NCBI GenBank assembly: GCA_965248445.1
Contig: CBDFJG010000004.1
Coordinates: 896,001 to 960,000 of the forward strand
From: Planctomycetota bacterium
GTDB taxonomy: Bacteria > Planctomycetota > JAJSAM01 > JAJVHW01
Reading direction: 5' to 3'
DNA length: 64,000 nucleotides
The notes below the pieces were generated by a model. The model ran no database searches, was not told the origin of the DNA, and saw nothing but the letters and a program-made list of their open reading frames with translations. Below are positions 29,885-40,490 of the stretch, in pieces. Position 1 is the stretch's first letter, and every line of letters begins with the position of its first letter. The position numbers and the translations under genes were made by a program.

Positions 29885-31309
29885 ATGCGTTACCTCGTTC
29901 TGATCTGCTTCCTCACGTGCCTCGGCGCCGCATGGATGGTGTTCGAGCAGCCGGCCCGGCCCGCGCCGCAGGTGATACAGCCCGAGCCGGAGGAGGCCGG
30001 CGGTCCAGCCACAGTCTCTCCAGCGCCCGACCGTGCCCGCGTCGTCCAGCCCGCCGCAGCTGCCCGGGGCGACCGGTACCGCCACAGGGATCGCGTGGTG
30101 ATCCACGGAACGCTCGAGGACTTCGAGAGGGTCAATAACGTCATCTTCCGCATCGACGGCCAGGTCGTCCCTCTGCCGATCTCGTTGCGGAGCGGACTGC
30201 ACCGCGTGGAGATCACGGCCGGGCAAAGACGGCTGGTGCGAGAAGTCGAGATCCGGCCAGGTGAGTCGACCGATGCCCGCTCCGGCACTCTTGTGTGGAC
30301 CGCGACGCACTGCGAAGGCGAGAGTTCGGACCGGAAGTCCTGTCCGGAATCCCTCTGCTGGATGGCTCGCCACCAGGAATGGGACGGTTCGTTCCGCGCC
30401 GCGATGTACCAGCGGCAGTGCGACACGGAGGCGTGCCGCGCCGCCGGTGCCGTGCGCGGCGTCGACGACGCGCAGTCGACCGGGCTCGCCCTCCTTGTGT
30501 TCCTCGGGGCCGGCGAGACGCACAACTCGGGGGCGTACAAGCCGCACGTCAAGGCCGCGCTCAAGTGGATGAAGGAGCGGCAGACCGCAAACGGTTGGCT
30601 GGTGGCCGATCGCTCCGACGTTCACGCGCACGCGATCGCGACGCTCGCCCTTACGGAGGCGTATGGGCTGACCGGAAGCCGGTTGTGGAAGGCAACTGCG
30701 CAGCGCGCGGTGGAAGCACTCGTCGACGCAGGGCGCGGGCCGGTCGGCTGGCCCGCCCGCAGCACAGATCGCCACACGGATGCCGCGACGACCGCGTGGG
30801 CGTCCTTCGTCCTGCGCTCGGCGAAGATGGCCGAGCTGAACCTGCCGGACGACGCGTGGACCGACGGAGTCGCCTCGGTGCAGGCGTTCGGCCCGCCTGC
30901 TGCGCGGCCGTTCGACGAGTGCGCGGCACTCTGCGCAGCGAGGGCGGTCTTGAGGGAGACCATCGAGCCGTCCCCGGAGTTCTCCGAAGGCATCGCACGA
31001 CTGATGGAGACCGAGCCGGGTGACGCCGCGGGTCTCGATCCGCGGGACGTGTACTTCGCGTCTGTTGCTACGTTCCAAGTCGGCCTCGTCGCTTGGAAGA
31101 CCTGGAAGAAGGTGCTCGAGGCCGTCTTGTATCGGCGTGGTGAGCAGCGAGACCTGTCGCACACCTGCGCAGCGTGGCTCCAGCGCTCGGCTCCGGAAGT
31201 GCGACGCGGCCGTCTCGCGACCACGTCGCTGACCGGTCTCAGCGCGGAGCTCTTCTACCGCTACGGGCGCGTCTTCGGTGCCTCCTCCACGCGCTATCCG
31301 CGCCGATGA
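29885..31309 (+). CDS. Prenyltransferase/squalene-cyclase repeat (alpha/alpha barrel) protein
   Basis: WMARHQEWDGSF, TGLALLVFLGAG, ALKWM...Q..NG, HAIATLALTEAYG. Confidence 0.7.
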   Translation: MRYLVLICFLTCLGAAWMVFEQPARPAPQVIQPEPEEAGGPATVSPAPDRARVVQPAAAARGDRYRHRDRVVIHGTLEDFERVNNVIFRIDGQVVPLPISLRSGLHRVEITAGQRRLVREVEIRPGESTDARSGTLVWTATHCEGESSDRKSCPESLCWMARHQEWDGSFRAAMYQRQCDTEACRAAGAVRGVDDAQSTGLALLVFLGAGETHNSGAYKPHVKAALKWMKERQTANGWLVADRSDVHAHAIATLALTEAYGLTGSRLWKATAQRAVEALVDAGRGPVGWPARSTDRHTDAATTAWASFVLRSAKMAELNLPDDAWTDGVASVQAFGPPAARPFDECAALCAARAVLRETIEPSPEFSEGIARLMETEPGDAAGLDPRDVYFASVATFQVGLVAWKTWKKVLEAVLYRRGEQRDLSHTCAAWLQRSAPEVRRGRLATTSLTGLSAELFYRYGRVFGASSTRYPRR

Positions 31310-31373
31310 TCAGAGGATGAGCGGCGCGATGTTGGGGAAGACGTTGTCCGTGTACGTCTGTTCGGCGTCGAGC

Positions 31374-31646
31374 CTACCCGCCGCTCAGCGCCTGGAGAAT
31401 GTGGACCTCTTGATGAGCGGCGATCGGGTGTTCCAGTGTGCGCGCCAGTTCGCCGCCGACGAACACGTTGACGTGCGGGCGCACGCGGTCCTGCTCGTCC
31501 ACGACCCGGAAGCGGATCCCCGGATAGCGGGCCTCGAGGTCGGCCATCAACTCGCCGACCGTCGATCCGGAGGATTCGATCGTGTGCGTCGAAGACCCGC
31601 TGCCGCCGGTGTAGTGGTGCAGGATCGACGCTACGTGGACCTGCAT
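31374..31646 (-). CDS. MoaD/ThiS-family ubiquitin-like protein
   Basis: 90 aa, C-terminal ALSGG. Confidence 0.9.
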   Translation of the reverse strand: MQVHVASILHHYTGGSGSSTHTIESSGSTVGELMADLEARYPGIRFRVVDEQDRVRPHVNVFVGGELARTLEHPIAAHQEVHILQALSGG

Positions 31647-32776
31647 CACGCGCGGCCGGTCGTGATCGAGTAGACGTGCGGCAGGTTGAGCGAGAGCGCG
31701 CTCCACGAGGCGCCCTCGTCGAGGCTGTGCCACACCTGGCCGCCGGTCGTGCCGAAGTACAGGCCAAGCGGATCGCCGTCGTCGCACGCCATCGACTGGC
31801 GCTTGACGGTCCAGAACGCGTCGGTGGCGGGGAAGCCCGTGTCCTGACGCTCCCACGTCTCGCCCCCGTTGCGCGTGCGGTACACGCTCGGCCGTCCACC
31901 CGGGCTGGTTCGTGGCCAGACCTGGCTGCCGTTCATCGGCAGCACCCACACGGTGTCGGGGTCACGCGGGTGCAGGACGACGGGGAACCCTATGTCGCCG
32001 ATGTCCTTGGGCATGTTGTCGCCGATGCGTGTCCAGGTTTCCGACGGGCGATCGATGCGGTAGATGCCGCAGTGGTTCTGCTGGTAGAGGCGATCCGGCC
32101 GGAGCGGGTGCATCGCGACGCAGTGCGGGTCGTGGCCGTACTCGGGATCCGGCTCGGGATTGAAGTCCGCAGCGACGCCCTTGTTGATGGGCCGCCAGTC
32201 TGCGCCCTGGTCGGTGCTCTCGAACGTGCCGCCGCCCGACATGCTGACGTACATGTGCGCCTTGTCGCGCGGGTCGATCAGGATCGAGTGGAGCTTCGCG
32301 CCGTCGGGTGTGCCGAACTTCGACTCATCCGGGTCGCACCAGTCGGTGCGCTTGGGGTGGTCGTTGAAACCGCTCACCTCGCCCCACGTCGCGCCTCCGT
32401 CCTCGCTGCGGAAGAGCGCCTGCGGAGACGTCCCCGCATACCACACCCCCGGCTCGCTCGCGTGCCCCGGCGTCAGCCAGAACACGTGATGCACGGCGCG
32501 GCCGCCCTCGCCCTCGACTTTCGGGAACGCCGGCGGCTGCTCGGCCTCGTTCCACGTCTCGCCCAGGTCCGTCGAGCGGAACACCGTCGGACCGAGGTGG
32601 CCGGTGCGCGACGCCATCAGGATCACACCCGGGTCGCGCGGGTCTTGCACCATGTGGTGCACGTTCGCGCCGAGGAACTGCGGCCCTTGCAGCGTCCAGT
32701 TGCTCCTGCCCGCGTCACCGTGGAAGACGAATGCGCCCTTGCGCGTGCCCACGAAGACCAGTGTCGTGTCGCCCAA
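31646..32776 (-). CDS. BNR/Asp-box beta-propeller protein
   Basis: VGTRKGAF start, repeated S.D.G.TW boxes, QQNHCGIYR, DIGFP. Confidence 0.9.
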   Translation of the reverse strand: MGDTTLVFVGTRKGAFVFHGDAGRSNWTLQGPQFLGANVHHMVQDPRDPGVILMASRTGHLGPTVFRSTDLGETWNEAEQPPAFPKVEGEGGRAVHHVFWLTPGHASEPGVWYAGTSPQALFRSEDGGATWGEVSGFNDHPKRTDWCDPDESKFGTPDGAKLHSILIDPRDKAHMYVSMSGGGTFESTDQGADWRPINKGVAADFNPEPDPEYGHDPHCVAMHPLRPDRLYQQNHCGIYRIDRPSETWTRIGDNMPKDIGDIGFPVVLHPRDPDTVWVLPMNGSQVWPRTSPGGRPSVYRTRNGGETWERQDTGFPATDAFWTVKRQSMACDDGDPLGLYFGTTGGQVWHSLDEGASWSALSLNLPHVYSITTGRA

Positions 32777-32837
32777 CTGACTCCTCCTGTCCCGAGACGG
32801 CGCGCAGCCTAACCGGGGGTGCGGGTCGAGGCCCGTC

Positions 32838-33320
32838 TCAGAACGTGAGGTCGAAGCGCTGTTCGACGATGTCGGTTCCCCACATGTGCCCGGGCACCTC
32901 CTCTACCAGGGTGAAGCCCGCGCGCTCGTAGAGCCGGCGGGCGTCGTGGAGCGCGCTGACGGTCCACAGCAGGACGCCCGGGACGCCGGAGTCCCGTGCG
33001 AACGCAACTGCCGTCCGGAGGAGGTGTGAACCGAGGCCTCCTCCGCGGGCAACCGGCGCCACGAGGAACCACCGCAGGCGGGACCAGCCGTCCGCGTCGA
33101 ACACGATCGCGACGCATCCGGCGAGCCGTCCGTTGCGTTCGGCGATCCACATCGCGCCGTCGTGCTGTTGCGCGAACGCACGGAGCGGATCGCGCACGTA
33201 GTCCGCGAACGTCGCGTCGAACCCGTACTCGGCCGCGTAGGTCGTGGCGTGCAAGTCCACTACGTCGTCGACGTCGTCCGCTCGCAGCGCCCGCAGGGTG
33301 ACCCCGGCCGGGTGCGTCAT
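32838..33320 (-). CDS. GNAT acetyltransferase
   Basis: LRWFLV.P.ARGGGLG, ARRLYERAGF. Confidence 0.9.
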   Translation of the reverse strand: MTHPAGVTLRALRADDVDDVVDLHATTYAAEYGFDATFADYVRDPLRAFAQQHDGAMWIAERNGRLAGCVAIVFDADGWSRLRWFLVAPVARGGGLGSHLLRTAVAFARDSGVPGVLLWTVSALHDARRLYERAGFTLVEEVPGHMWGTDIVEQRFDLTF

Positions 33321-33676
33321 CGCGCGCCGGACGCCTCGATCCGCTCGGCGCACGGGAGGCAGAACGGCGTCTCCGGAACGAGATCCAGGCGCCGGCGGTC
33401 GACGGCCGTTCCGCACATCGCGCAGGCGCCGAACGTGCCCTCCTCGACGCGCACGATCGCGCCACGAACGCGGGAAAGCTGCACCTCGAGTCGCCTCCGC
33501 GCGTGCAGCGCCATCTGCTGCTGTTGCAGCGCGTCCATGCGCGTCAGGCGGCCGATCTCCTCGTCGAGGGACGGGGGCTCTGTGGACGCAGCGTTCCGCT
33601 TCATGTTCGCGAGCACCTCGCGCTCGCGATCGCGAAGCACGTCTCCGAAGCGGGCCTGTTCGTCGGGAGGCAGCAT
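33317..33676 (-). CDS. TraR/DksA C4-type zinc finger protein
   Basis: GRLTRMDALQQQ, CAMC...RL...PE...CLPC. Confidence 0.9.
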   Translation of the reverse strand: MLPPDEQARFGDVLRDREREVLANMKRNAASTEPPSLDEEIGRLTRMDALQQQQMALHARRRLEVQLSRVRGAIVRVEEGTFGACAMCGTAVDRRRLDLVPETPFCLPCAERIEASGAR

Positions 33677-33730
33677 GGCGCGGCGCACTCTACCCCGAGT
33701 TGCCGGTGCGCCGCGGTGCTCGATTCCCGG

Positions 33731-36323
33731 TCAGTACTTGTATGTCCGCGCGTTCTTCTGCGACATGCGAATCAGGACGCCGCGGCTCTCCTCGCCGACC
33801 ATGATCTCGATCAGATAGGGGCCGTCCTCGGGGATCGCGCCGAGCGACAGTCCCTTCGCAATGAGCAGCACCTGTTCCTTCAGGAAGTTGATCTGCAACT
33901 TGGTGACCCCGGGTGCGGACGGCGGGTTCTTGGCTATGTAGATGTCACCCTTGCGAGTGAAGTCGCCGCCCGGGACCGTGGCCTCGAACACGCCGCCCAG
34001 CGAGATCATCACGTCCGGTGCCGTGGCCGGCGTCCCCCCCCTCCGTCGCCAGTCCCGCGAGGATCGAGAGCACGTCCTTGCCGTCACCCTTGTGCACCTG
34101 CTTGATCTTGAACGGGAAGACGTTCGGTGAGCTGAGCAGGCCTCGGCGCTTGCCGAGCTTGTACTTGCCGTTCTCGAGCCCCACGGTGCCCTCGCCGTTC
34201 GCGGCCGCCGTGTCGAAGCGGAGCGTGATGTCGCCCTCGTCCGGCACGTTGCCCTCGAAGTCGTCGGTGATCGTGAGCCTGAACTTGGCGCGAGAACTGC
34301 CGGACCCAGCCGGCTTGATCTGCAGCTTCACGCCGCCCGTCTTGAAGAGGAACGCCGTGCCCTTCTTGTTGGGTTCGAGTACCGCCGAGTATTGGAGGTC
34401 GCCGACAGTGACCGTCGCAGGACCGCCGAGCGGCGTGGCGTCCGGACCCGTGTCGAAGAACCCCGCCGCGTTGACCTTCGACTTCTCCGGCTTGTTCTCG
34501 TTGATCTTGACCTTCACGGTCTTCGGCAACACGAACGACTGGATCGTGCCGGTGTCGTGGATCAGCAGCGAGACGTCGCCACTCGTACCCGTCGGTGCAT
34601 CTCCGGAGACGATCGTCGCGTTCGTGGCGTCGATGAGCGCACCCGATCCGCCGAAGCTCTCGAGGAGTACGTCGCCCGTGACGGTGGGGATGGATCCGGA
34701 CGCGGTCATGACCATCGCGTCCACGACAAGGATGTCGCCGTTCTCCGAGATCATCGACACGTTGCCGCCGCCCGATGCCTCGGCAGTGCCCTCGAGCGAG
34801 ATATCCCCCTCGCACTGCATGTAGATGTCGCTGCCGATTGCGTCGACGTACGCCTGGAGATCGATGCCCGCGCTCCCCGCGATCAGCCGGATTGCGCCGC
34901 CGTTCGCATCGAACTCGGGAGCCGGGCCGGCGAGGACCGCCGAGAGTCCGCCGGTGTCCTGCACGGCGATGATCCCCGCGGAGGCTCCGACATCCACCCC
35001 GGCGTCCACCGCATCGAACTGCGGCGTGCCCTCCAGTTCCACGTCGCCGCCGAAAGCGCGCACGACGAGATCGCTGTCCTGCGCGCGCAGGTAGCTGTCG
35101 CCGGCGACGAAGACGTCATCCGCGGCCTCGACCAGCACACCGCCCTGGCGGGTGCACTCGACGACCGAGCTGTTGGTTGCGCCTGGATTCTCGAGCGAGA
35201 CGTCGCCAGCGTGCGCGGTGACGCGGATGCCGCCGGTCCCCTCCGAGACGACCACCGCGTCGTCGTTCAGGCGGACGTTTCCGCTCGCGGCGACGACGAC
35301 GCTACCCGTGCCCGTGGGGGCGCTGATCGCGCCGCCATCGTTGCCGGACACGGTCGACTCGTCCACGGTGACGTCCCCGCCGAAGGCCTCGACGCAGGTG
35401 TCCCCGAAGAACGCCCGGACCAGACTCCCGGCCAGGACCTCGACGAAAGTGGAGGCCTCGATCACGGTCTCGCTGTTCATCGTCGTGACTTCCGTGCTCG
35501 AGAACGTCACGTCACCGCCGAACGCCTGCGTGATCGAGGATCCGGTCGTCGTCTCGATGAACGTCGTGAACACGTCGACGATCGTCGACGACTGGATCAG
35601 CACGTTCCCGGTGTCGGTCGATCTGAGCTCGCTGTCCTCGATGTCGATGGCGTTCAGTCCCGTCGGGGCGCCGTGGGAGCGGATCACGATGTCGCCGGCG
35701 GGAGTGCGCACTTCCGCGACGGCAGGCTCCGGCGTTCCGGCCGGCGCGAGGAGCTGTACGCCCATCTCGACTCGGTCCGCTTCGAGCGTGATGTTGCCGG
35801 CGCCGTTCGCGACGACGCCGGTCACCGGAGCGCCGTCCATGCTGAAGACGATGATCTCGTCGCCCGCGATGATCGTGATGTCTCCGCCGCCTATACCGAG
35901 TCCGCCCGTCTCGATACGGCCGGCGATCCGGACGGAGCCGGTCGCGAGGATCGTGACGGAGTCGTCGTACGTGATGGTCGCGCCGGCCTGGATGTCGAAG
36001 TCCGTGTAGTTGTAGGTAGTGCCTGTGAGCGTCAGGTCGGTGCTGAGCGCGACGGCGCCGAGGCTGCCGTCACCCGTGCTCGGTTTGGCCGGCAGCGGAC
36101 CGTCGATCGCGCCCTGTGTCGAGATCACCCCGAGCGAGGGCTTCACCGGCGGAGTTGCCGGCGGCGCGCACTCGTCGATCGTGACGGTGCCCTTGTTCGC
36201 GGCCGTGCCGGAGTCGATCGTGGCACACGTCGTGACGATCGTGCCGACGCCGCCCGCCACGCTCGCGCAGAACAGAATGGTCGCCACGCTGGCTACGACG
36301 GAGCTCTTCCGTGAAATCCGCAT
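33731..36323 (-). CDS. Large secreted beta-helix/adhesin-like protein (frameshift at C8 run 34034-34041)
   Basis: Signal peptide; repeated A.GGDV turns; basic C-terminal domain continues in ORF 33731-34087 after removing one G. Confidence 0.7.
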
Positions 36324-36495
36324 CGTTTCCCCCCGGATGGCCCGCCAGGCCGTATCGGGCCGGCGGTCCTGAGGAGGGTACTGGGTGGACGGGGTTGATT
36401 CCCGCCTGGACCCGCAGAAGCCGCCACGGGCGGAGTTCGCGCGTCTTGGAGACCAGGCGAGCGCGGCGGCGAGGTCTCGCGGTAGACTGCCCGCC

Positions 36496-37395
36496 ATGCC
36501 GACCGCGCTCGTCGTAGATGACGCGCAGGTCTCGCGGTGGCTTGCCGGCGAGATTCTGCGTACGCGAACCGACCTCACGGTCGCGTTCGCGACCAGCGGT
36601 GAAGAAGCGCTCGAGCACGTCGAGCGCGAAGTTCCCGACATCGTCGTGACGGACATGATGATGCCGGGCATGGACGGGTTGCAACTGGTCTCCGCGTTGC
36701 AAAAGAGCCACCCGGCTGTGCCGGTCATCGTGATGACCGCGTTCGGCAGCGAGGAACTCGCCGCGGGCGCACTGCGCGCCGGTGCAGCCAGCTACTTGCC
36801 CAAACGCCACCTCTCTCGCGATCTCGAGGATGTGGTGCGGCGTGTGCGAAACGCTGCGGGTGGCGCGTCGCAGAAGGCCGTCGCGGGTGTCTCTGGAGCC
36901 CTGACGACGTACGAGATCACGCTCGACAACGACATCGAACGGATCGGGCCCCTCATCGCGTACTTCCGCGCCGAGATCGTTCGTACCGGACTCTGCGACG
37001 AAACGGAACTGATGCAGTTCGCCGTGGCGCTCGACGAAGCGCTCAACAACGCAATCTGCCACGGCAATCTCGAGGTGGACTCCACGATCCGTGAGGAGAG
37101 CATGCAGGCGTACCTCGATCGCGTGCGTGAGCGCCGCGACGCCGAGCCTTACAAGGACCGCCGCACGCACGTGCGTCTCGATCTGACTCCCGAACGCGCC
37201 GTCTGCGTGATTCGTGACGAAGGGGGCGGGTTCGACGGGTCCGCGATTCCCGATCCGACGGACCCCGTGAATCTGGACCGCCCGAGCGGGCGCGGACTGG
37301 TGTTGATGCACACGTTCTGCGACGAGGTGAAGTTCGATCACGGCGGCGCGCAGGTGACACTCATCAAGCGCGCCAGTTCCGCGGCGGGCTCGTAA
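36496..37395 (+). CDS. Response regulator fused to HATPase (anti-sigma-like) domain
   Basis: LVVDD, D.MMPGMDG, K; EALNNAICHGN, IRDEGGGF, GRGL. Confidence 0.9.
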   Translation: MPTALVVDDAQVSRWLAGEILRTRTDLTVAFATSGEEALEHVEREVPDIVVTDMMMPGMDGLQLVSALQKSHPAVPVIVMTAFGSEELAAGALRAGAASYLPKRHLSRDLEDVVRRVRNAAGGASQKAVAGVSGALTTYEITLDNDIERIGPLIAYFRAEIVRTGLCDETELMQFAVALDEALNNAICHGNLEVDSTIREESMQAYLDRVRERRDAEPYKDRRTHVRLDLTPERAVCVIRDEGGGFDGSAIPDPTDPVNLDRPSGRGLVLMHTFCDEVKFDHGGAQVTLIKRASSAAGS

Positions 37396-37440
37396 CTCCG
37401 GCCGCGGGCGCGTCGCGGCGAATCTGGGCAGGAGGCGGTG

Positions 37441-38127
37441 ATGGCGAAGTTCGAGGGCTTCGGGAAGGACCTTCCCAAGTTCCTGGCGGAACTGGAAAAG
37501 AACAACCGCAAGGCGTGGTTCGACGCGAACAAGGAGCGCTACGAGGAGAGCGTCCTCGAGCCCGCGCGGGCTTTCGTGCGCGCGATGGAGCCGCGGCTAC
37601 GGCGCATCTCGAAGCACATCGTCGCCAGCGACAAGAAGGCCGGCGGCTCGCTCATGCGCATCTATCGCGACACCCGCTTCGGCAAGGACAAGCGCCCCTA
37701 CAACGAGCACGTCTCGATGGTGTTCTGGCACGACGCCGGCAAGAAGGTCGCGGCGCCCGGCTTCTATCTGCGGATCACGTCGAAGGGGGCGACCGGTGGC
37801 ACCGGTCTATGGCACCCGGACACGAAGTTCGTCGGGAGCGTCCGCGACCACATCGTCGACAACCCGAAGGCCTGGACCCGCGCACGGAACGAGGCCGTGA
37901 AGGCGCTTGGGCCGCTGGCCGGTGAGTCGCTCAAGCGGCCTCCGCGAGGCTACGATCCCGAGCATCCGCTCGTCGAGGACCTGAAGCGCAAGGACTTCGT
38001 GGCGTTCGCCGACATGCCCAAGAAGACACTGCTCGCGGCGAACTTCCCCGACGAACTGGCCAAGCGCTACCGCGAGTCGAAGAAGCTCGTGAAGTTCCTC
38101 TGCGACGCGCTCGATCTGGACTTCTAG
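37441..38127 (+). CDS. DUF2461 (TIGR02453) family protein
   Basis: FL.EL..NN.K.WF, RIYRDTRFGKDKRPY, LKR.PRGY. Confidence 0.9.
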   Translation: MAKFEGFGKDLPKFLAELEKNNRKAWFDANKERYEESVLEPARAFVRAMEPRLRRISKHIVASDKKAGGSLMRIYRDTRFGKDKRPYNEHVSMVFWHDAGKKVAAPGFYLRITSKGATGGTGLWHPDTKFVGSVRDHIVDNPKAWTRARNEAVKALGPLAGESLKRPPRGYDPEHPLVEDLKRKDFVAFADMPKKTLLAANFPDELAKRYRESKKLVKFLCDALDLDF

Positions 38128-38160
38128 CCCGCTTCGTTCACCAGGTTTGCGCGCTTGGCG

Positions 38161-38656
38161 CTAACAGCGCGCGCCGCGCGGCATCGTGATCGGGATCCCG
38201 TCCGCCACCAGCGGTCCACGCGCCATGGAGTACTCGTCGCCGTCGAATAGTTCGGGCTCGGCCCTGAACTCCGCGGCGAGGCGGTCGGGCGAGAAAAAGA
38301 CGTCGACGCGGCTCGATCGGCCCGCCCAGGCGCTGCAGGATCTCCGTCAGCGTCGGCATCCTGCGAGCGACTACTTCGTGCAAGAGCAGGGTTGTCCCGT
38401 CCCGTGATGCCCACACGACTGTGTCCAGTTCCGCGATGTACTGCAGCTTGGCGTTGGCGGCATCGAACAGGAACACGTCGAGGTCCCGGACGACTCCGAA
38501 CTGGTGTACGAAGGCGCTGAGTGACCTAGTCCAGCAGAGCGAGTACGGCGCCGGCCGGGTCTGCTTGTGTCCGCCGCGCAGGAACACGGCGCCGATCAGG
38601 CTCCCGATGAGCCACTGAAACGCGAGGACGACGAGCACGCCGATCAGACCTGGCAT
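38161..38656 (-). pseudogene. Degenerate/chimeric ORF: membrane N-terminus joined to a GNAT-associated C-terminal fragment
   Basis: Hydrophobic start, abrupt switch to a soluble fragment, and a further frameshift to VDVFFSPDRL...MPRGARC*. Confidence 0.35.
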
Positions 38657-38723
38657 GGATCCACCCTCCCACAGGTGGACTGCAGCGTAGCGATTCGGCG
38701 CGCGCGCGCGCCAGCGCGGAGCG

Positions 38724-39956
38724 CTACGTCGGCTTCACCAGCCTCCCGAGGAAGAGCAGCGCGCCCGTCTCCCGATCCTGGATCAGGAACAGGAACGGGT
38801 GATCGGCACGGAACAACGGCGGGGCCTCGGGCATGGCCGTCAGGTCGGCCGCGACGCCGGTCGCTGCGGCGGCTTCGGTGCCCTTCTCGTCCACGCGCAC
38901 GTACGCCTTGTGGCGCACCGACTGGATGAACAGGTTCTTGGTCCCGTCCATGCCGGAGAGATCCGCGCCGTCGCCGAACGCCGCCTTCATCCCGAGCGAC
39001 TGCAGCGCCGCGGCGAGCGAGAACGACGCGTCGAACTCGAACTTCGGGAAGAACAGATACACCTCGGTGTGGTGCAGGCCGCCTGTCACTGACGAGAGGA
39101 ACTCGGCGCTCACACGCTGTTCGAGCGCCGGCAGGCCATCGCGGTCGTCGGGCAAGAGGATGATCATCGCGAGCCGCCCGCCCTTGTAGGGCACGCGGAC
39201 GGCCTGGAAGCCCTCGCCGCGGTGATAGTCGACGTCGCGGGTATCGCGCATGAGGGGTGCCGTCGCCTCGCCGCCCCCGGCGAGCAGGAACGGCTCGTCG
39301 CGTGTCTCGTCCGCGTTGAACTCGTCCTCCCACTTGCCCAGGAAGTGGATTGCGTTCGCGAGCACGAGCCGCGTCATCGCGTCGATCGAACCCTGCGGGA
39401 ACAGGTCCTTGATCTTGCGGTTGGTCTGGTTCTCGACCCAGTTGTTGACCACCTTCCGGCCGCGGTCGGGATTGCCCGCGAAGTCCACGTTCTGCGCCTC
39501 GGCTCCGTAGCTCGTGCGGAGGACCGACAGGTACTCCGGGCGGAAGGGGTAGCCGACGCCGGCGAAGAACGCGTTGCCGACGCTGACCGTGTTGCCGTCG
39601 TGCTCGCCGACCAGTGCCGCGGTCTGCGCCTGGAACGCGCGGTGGAGCGCGTCCCCCTCGAGTGACAATGAGAGAGCGGAGCGCATCTCGTTTGCGGTCT
39701 GCCCCCGCGCGCCCGCGTACGTCATCGCGAGGGCTGCGTGTACGGACCACGGCGAGAGGAAGAGGTTGTCTCCCGCCTCGGACTCGGCCGCGACGGTCTT
39801 GTAGAGCTCGAAGCCGAACGTCGTTCCGTCGTGCGCGAGTTGTGACGCGTCCTCTTTCGATACCACGACTGGCTGCACGTTTGCTACTCCCGCTCCACCG
39901 GCTTGACACCCCGCGAGTGCGATCAGCCCCGCCACTGCAATTCCCGCTCGCGTCAC
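38724..39956 (-). CDS. Serpin, lipoprotein
   Basis: LAGC lipobox; NLFLSP.S, N.WV...T..KI, NAIHFLGKW, EKGTEAAAAT hinge, FRADHPF. Confidence 0.95.
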   Translation of the reverse strand: MTRAGIAVAGLIALAGCQAGGAGVANVQPVVVSKEDASQLAHDGTTFGFELYKTVAAESEAGDNLFLSPWSVHAALAMTYAGARGQTANEMRSALSLSLEGDALHRAFQAQTAALVGEHDGNTVSVGNAFFAGVGYPFRPEYLSVLRTSYGAEAQNVDFAGNPDRGRKVVNNWVENQTNRKIKDLFPQGSIDAMTRLVLANAIHFLGKWEDEFNADETRDEPFLLAGGGEATAPLMRDTRDVDYHRGEGFQAVRVPYKGGRLAMIILLPDDRDGLPALEQRVSAEFLSSVTGGLHHTEVYLFFPKFEFDASFSLAAALQSLGMKAAFGDGADLSGMDGTKNLFIQSVRHKAYVRVDEKGTEAAAATGVAADLTAMPEAPPLFRADHPFLFLIQDRETGALLFLGRLVKPT

Positions 39957-40468
39957 GGTTCCACCTCGATCTTGCGCTTCCGGACGGGCAACCACGCGAT
40001 CGGGATGCCCCAGACGAGCATCCAGAACGAACCGGCGAGGCCGGTGAGCGAAGCCAGGCCCACTCCGCTGCCGAGCTTGCCGAGCGGCGTCTTCGCGATC
40101 GGCATCGCCTTACCCTGGTGGACGACGATCTCGTTGCCGTCCGCGTCCTCGCCGATCACGCGCGGATCGAAGCGCCCGTGTGTCCAGCCCTGGAACTGCG
40201 CGACGGGGTACGAGAAGGAGTTGGGCAGCGCCCAGACGCAGAAGCCCACGAGGATCATCGCTCGCACGAAGCGCCAGAACCTCACGCCTGCGAAGTGCTT
40301 GCGCACGCCGAACACGATCACGACGACCGGCATGATCCAGTAGACGCCGAAGTACCAGGCGTAGTCCCTCGCGAAGACGTCGAGCGCGAAGCGCACGATG
40401 GCGACGCCCCACCCGATGTAGACAAGCGGACGGACGAGATCGAACAGGGCACGCAGCTTGGGCAGCAT
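39953..40468 (-). CDS. Hypothetical membrane protein
   Basis: About four hydrophobic segments; stop overlaps the serpin GTG. Confidence 0.6.
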   Translation of the reverse strand: MLPKLRALFDLVRPLVYIGWGVAIVRFALDVFARDYAWYFGVYWIMPVVVIVFGVRKHFAGVRFWRFVRAMILVGFCVWALPNSFSYPVAQFQGWTHGRFDPRVIGEDADGNEIVVHQGKAMPIAKTPLGKLGSGVGLASLTGLAGSFWMLVWGIPIAWLPVRKRKIEVEP

Positions 40469-40490
40469 GCGCGCAGAGTACCCTCTCGCC

